Assembly: GCA_964490075.1 (NCBI GenBank)
Contig: CAZBBK010000020.1
Span: 1-64,000, forward strand
Source of the DNA: an uncultured Gemmatimonadota bacterium
GTDB lineage: Bacteria > GCA-2686955
Length of the DNA stretch: 64,000 nucleotides
Reading direction: 5' to 3'
Part shown: positions 61,876 through 64,000 of the stretch, piece by piece
How the letters are laid out: each line of letters begins with the position of its first letter
Numbering within the stretch: the first letter of the stretch is position 1
Made by a program: the position numbers and the translations under genes
Notes under the pieces: generated by a model
Databases searched by the model: none
Seen by the model: only the letters and a program-made list of their open reading frames with translations
What the model was told of the DNA's origin: nothing

Positions 61876-63372
61876 ATGGGTAATACCCTGACATTGATGA
61901 CCTTCGTGCCCCTTCTAGGCGCCTTCGTCATCATGCTTCTGCCGAAGGGACGCGATGAGCTGGTGCGCTGGACCGCGATCCTTGCCACGGCGCTGCCCCT
62001 GGCGCTCGCCTTCCAGGTGTGGAACGGCTTCGAACGCGGCACCAGCGCGATCCAGTTCGTCGAGCGGGCCGACTGGATCAGCCTCACGGCCGACATGGGC
62101 AACCGGCAGATCCCTCTGAACATCGAGTACTACATGGGCATCGACGGTCTGTCGGTGTCGATGGTGCTGCTCACCGCGCTGCTCTCGTTCTTGTGCATCA
62201 TCGCGTCGTGGGGAATCGACAAGTGGGTCAAGGCCTACTTCGCGCTCTTCCTGCTGCTCGAGACCGGCATGATGGGGGTGTTCTGCGCGCTCGACTTTTT
62301 CCTCTTCTACGTGTTCTGGGAAGTGATGCTGCTGCCGATGTACTTCCTGATCGGCATCTGGGGCGGGCCGCGCAAGGAGTACGCGGCGATCAAGTTCTTC
62401 CTCTACACGCTGGTCGGCTCGGTGGTGATGCTGCTGGCGGCGCTGGCGATGTACTACCTGATGGGCGGCTCTTTCGACATCATCGAGATGGCCCGTGTGC
62501 TGCCCAACAATCCCGAGGCGGTGGCGCTCGGCAAGGTGCTCTACCTGGCGCTCTTCCTGGGCTTCGCGATCAAGATCCCGCTCTTCCCCTTCCACACCTG
62601 GCTGCCCGACGCTCACGTCGAGGCGCCCACCGCGGTGAGCGTGATCCTGGCCGGCGTGCTGCTGAAGATGGGCAGCTACGGCATTCTTCGCTTCTGCTAC
62701 CCGATCTTCCCCGACGCCACCCAGTGGTTCGCACCGGCGCTGGCGGTGCTGGGGCTGATCAACATCATCTACGGCGCGATGTGCGCGATGGCGCAGAAGG
62801 ACTTCAAGAAGCTCGTCGCCTACTCCTCGATCTCGCATATGGGCTTCGTCTGTCTCGGCATGGCGGCCCTCACGCCCCAGGCGGTGAGTGGCGCTGTGAT
62901 GCAGATGTTCAACCACGGCACCATCACCGCCATGCTCTTCCTCTTGGTGGGAGTGATCTACGATCGGGTGCACCACCGCGATATCGAGCGTTTCGGCGGG
63001 CTGCGGGTGCAGACCCCGGTCTACGCCGGAGTGGTGATGGTCGCCTTTTTCGCGGCGCTGGGACTGCCGGGGCTGAGCGGTTTCTGGGGCGAGGCCTTCG
63101 TGTTCCTGGGATCGCTGCCGAGCTTTCCCAAGGTGACCATGGCGGCGTTGCTCGGAATCGTGCTCGGGGCCGCCTACATCCTGTGGACCTACGAGCGGGT
63201 CTTCCTCGGGCCCTTCAACGAGCGCTATGCCGATCTCAGCGACATCAATGCCCGCGAGCTCTTCTCACTGGCGCCCCTGATGGTGCTGGTGATCTTCCTC
63301 GGCGTCTATCCGCAACCGCTTCTCGAGCTGCTCGATGCCACCCTGGTCGACCTGGTCCGGGCCATCGTCTAG
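61876..63372 (+). CDS. nuoM: NADH-quinone oxidoreductase subunit M
   Basis: FYVFWEVMLLPMY; KIPLFPFHTWLPDAHVEAPT; AYSSISHMG. Confidence 0.96.
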   Translation: MGNTLTLMTFVPLLGAFVIMLLPKGRDELVRWTAILATALPLALAFQVWNGFERGTSAIQFVERADWISLTADMGNRQIPLNIEYYMGIDGLSVSMVLLTALLSFLCIIASWGIDKWVKAYFALFLLLETGMMGVFCALDFFLFYVFWEVMLLPMYFLIGIWGGPRKEYAAIKFFLYTLVGSVVMLLAALAMYYLMGGSFDIIEMARVLPNNPEAVALGKVLYLALFLGFAIKIPLFPFHTWLPDAHVEAPTAVSVILAGVLLKMGSYGILRFCYPIFPDATQWFAPALAVLGLINIIYGAMCAMAQKDFKKLVAYSSISHMGFVCLGMAALTPQAVSGAVMQMFNHGTITAMLFLLVGVIYDRVHHRDIERFGGLRVQTPVYAGVVMVAFFAALGLPGLSGFWGEAFVFLGSLPSFPKVTMAALLGIVLGAAYILWTYERVFLGPFNERYADLSDINARELFSLAPLMVLVIFLGVYPQPLLELLDATLVDLVRAIV

Positions 63373-63382
63373 GAACCACGAT

Positions 63383-64000
63383 TTGAGCTTCGAAACGTCC
63401 ACGGCCGCCACGCTCGAGTCACTCGGTCATGTCGTGCCGGAGCTGATCGTCACGGTTACCATCCTGGCGGTCATCCTCATCGACCTGCTCTTCCTCCGCG
63501 GCCGCGGCAAGCGTCAGGGGCCGCTGGAAATCGTCGTCGTGCTGGGAATCGGCGCGGCGCTGATCGCCACCTGGGCGGGCACTCCGAGCGGTCCACGCGC
63601 AGTCTTTGGTACCATGCTGGCGGTCGATCCCTTCTCGGCCTTCTTCGACACGATATTTCTGTTGGCGACACTGCTCTTCGTCTGCGCCACCATGATGAGC
63701 GACGAGATCGCGCATGCCGACCGTCCCGAGTACTATACGCTGGCGGTCGGTTCGGTGCTCGGCATGATGCTGATGGCGGCGGCCACCGACCTGGTGTCGA
63801 TCTTCATCAGCGTCGAATTCGTCAGCCTGGCCTCCTACGCGATGGCCGGGTTTGCGCGCGGAGATCGTCTCTCCTCGGAAGCGTCGCTGAAGTACGTGCT
63901 CTACGGCTCGGTCTCGTCGGCGGTGATGCTCTTCGGAATGTCGTACCTGTACGGGCTCACCGGCACCACTTCGCTGGTGGCCGGCAACCAGGTTCTCTAC
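63383..64000 (+). CDS. nuoN: NADH-quinone oxidoreductase subunit N (5' part, runs off the window)
   Basis: My translation from TTG 63383: ...VPELIV...EYYTL...VEFVSLASYAMAGF...EASLKYVLYGSVSSAVMLFGMSYLYGLTG. Confidence 0.9.
   Translation, partial: MSFETSTAATLESLGHVVPELIVTVTILAVILIDLLFLRGRGKRQGPLEIVVVLGIGAALIATWAGTPSGPRAVFGTMLAVDPFSAFFDTIFLLATLLFVCATMMSDEIAHADRPEYYTLAVGSVLGMMLMAAATDLVSIFISVEFVSLASYAMAGFARGDRLSSEASLKYVLYGSVSSAVMLFGMSYLYGLTGTTSLVAGNQVLY

Overview
GC-rich bacterial chromosomal window, probably from a metagenome assembly (two N gaps); the lineage cannot be determined from sequence alone. Left to right: palindromic and heptamer intergenic repeats; a membrane-anchored repeat protein; divergent tRNA-Ala(GGC) and tRNA-Leu(CAA); a four-gene two-component cluster converging on a large SulP transporter with four tandem STAS repeats and a CxxCH motif; a decayed MNT/HEPN pair; a putative carbonic anhydrase; a ~28 kb sugar/cyclitol-modifying region. 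That region holds GT4s, SDR epimerases, a ROK kinase, a cupin, ManA, an NTP-transferase, a non-canonical sugar-phosphate cyclase, a TIM-barrel epimerase, a Tmk-like kinase fusion, NUDIX, a DegT aminotransferase, a radical SAM enzyme, GH4, a sulfotransferase and AsnB. It is followed by CaiB, rsgA and ltaE; a sigma54-type promoter in front of a collagen-like secreted protein and a decayed paralog, both broken at the same codon; an inositol-lipid operon; tmk, ctpA and an alternative sigma70 factor; and an 11-subunit complex I operon (nuoABCDHIJKLMN, no nuoEFG) that runs off the window. The best candidate for an undescribed system is the (amino)cyclitol/pseudosugar pathway embedded among surface-glycan genes; the 4xSTAS SulP is second. 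All product calls come from motif recognition, not database searches.
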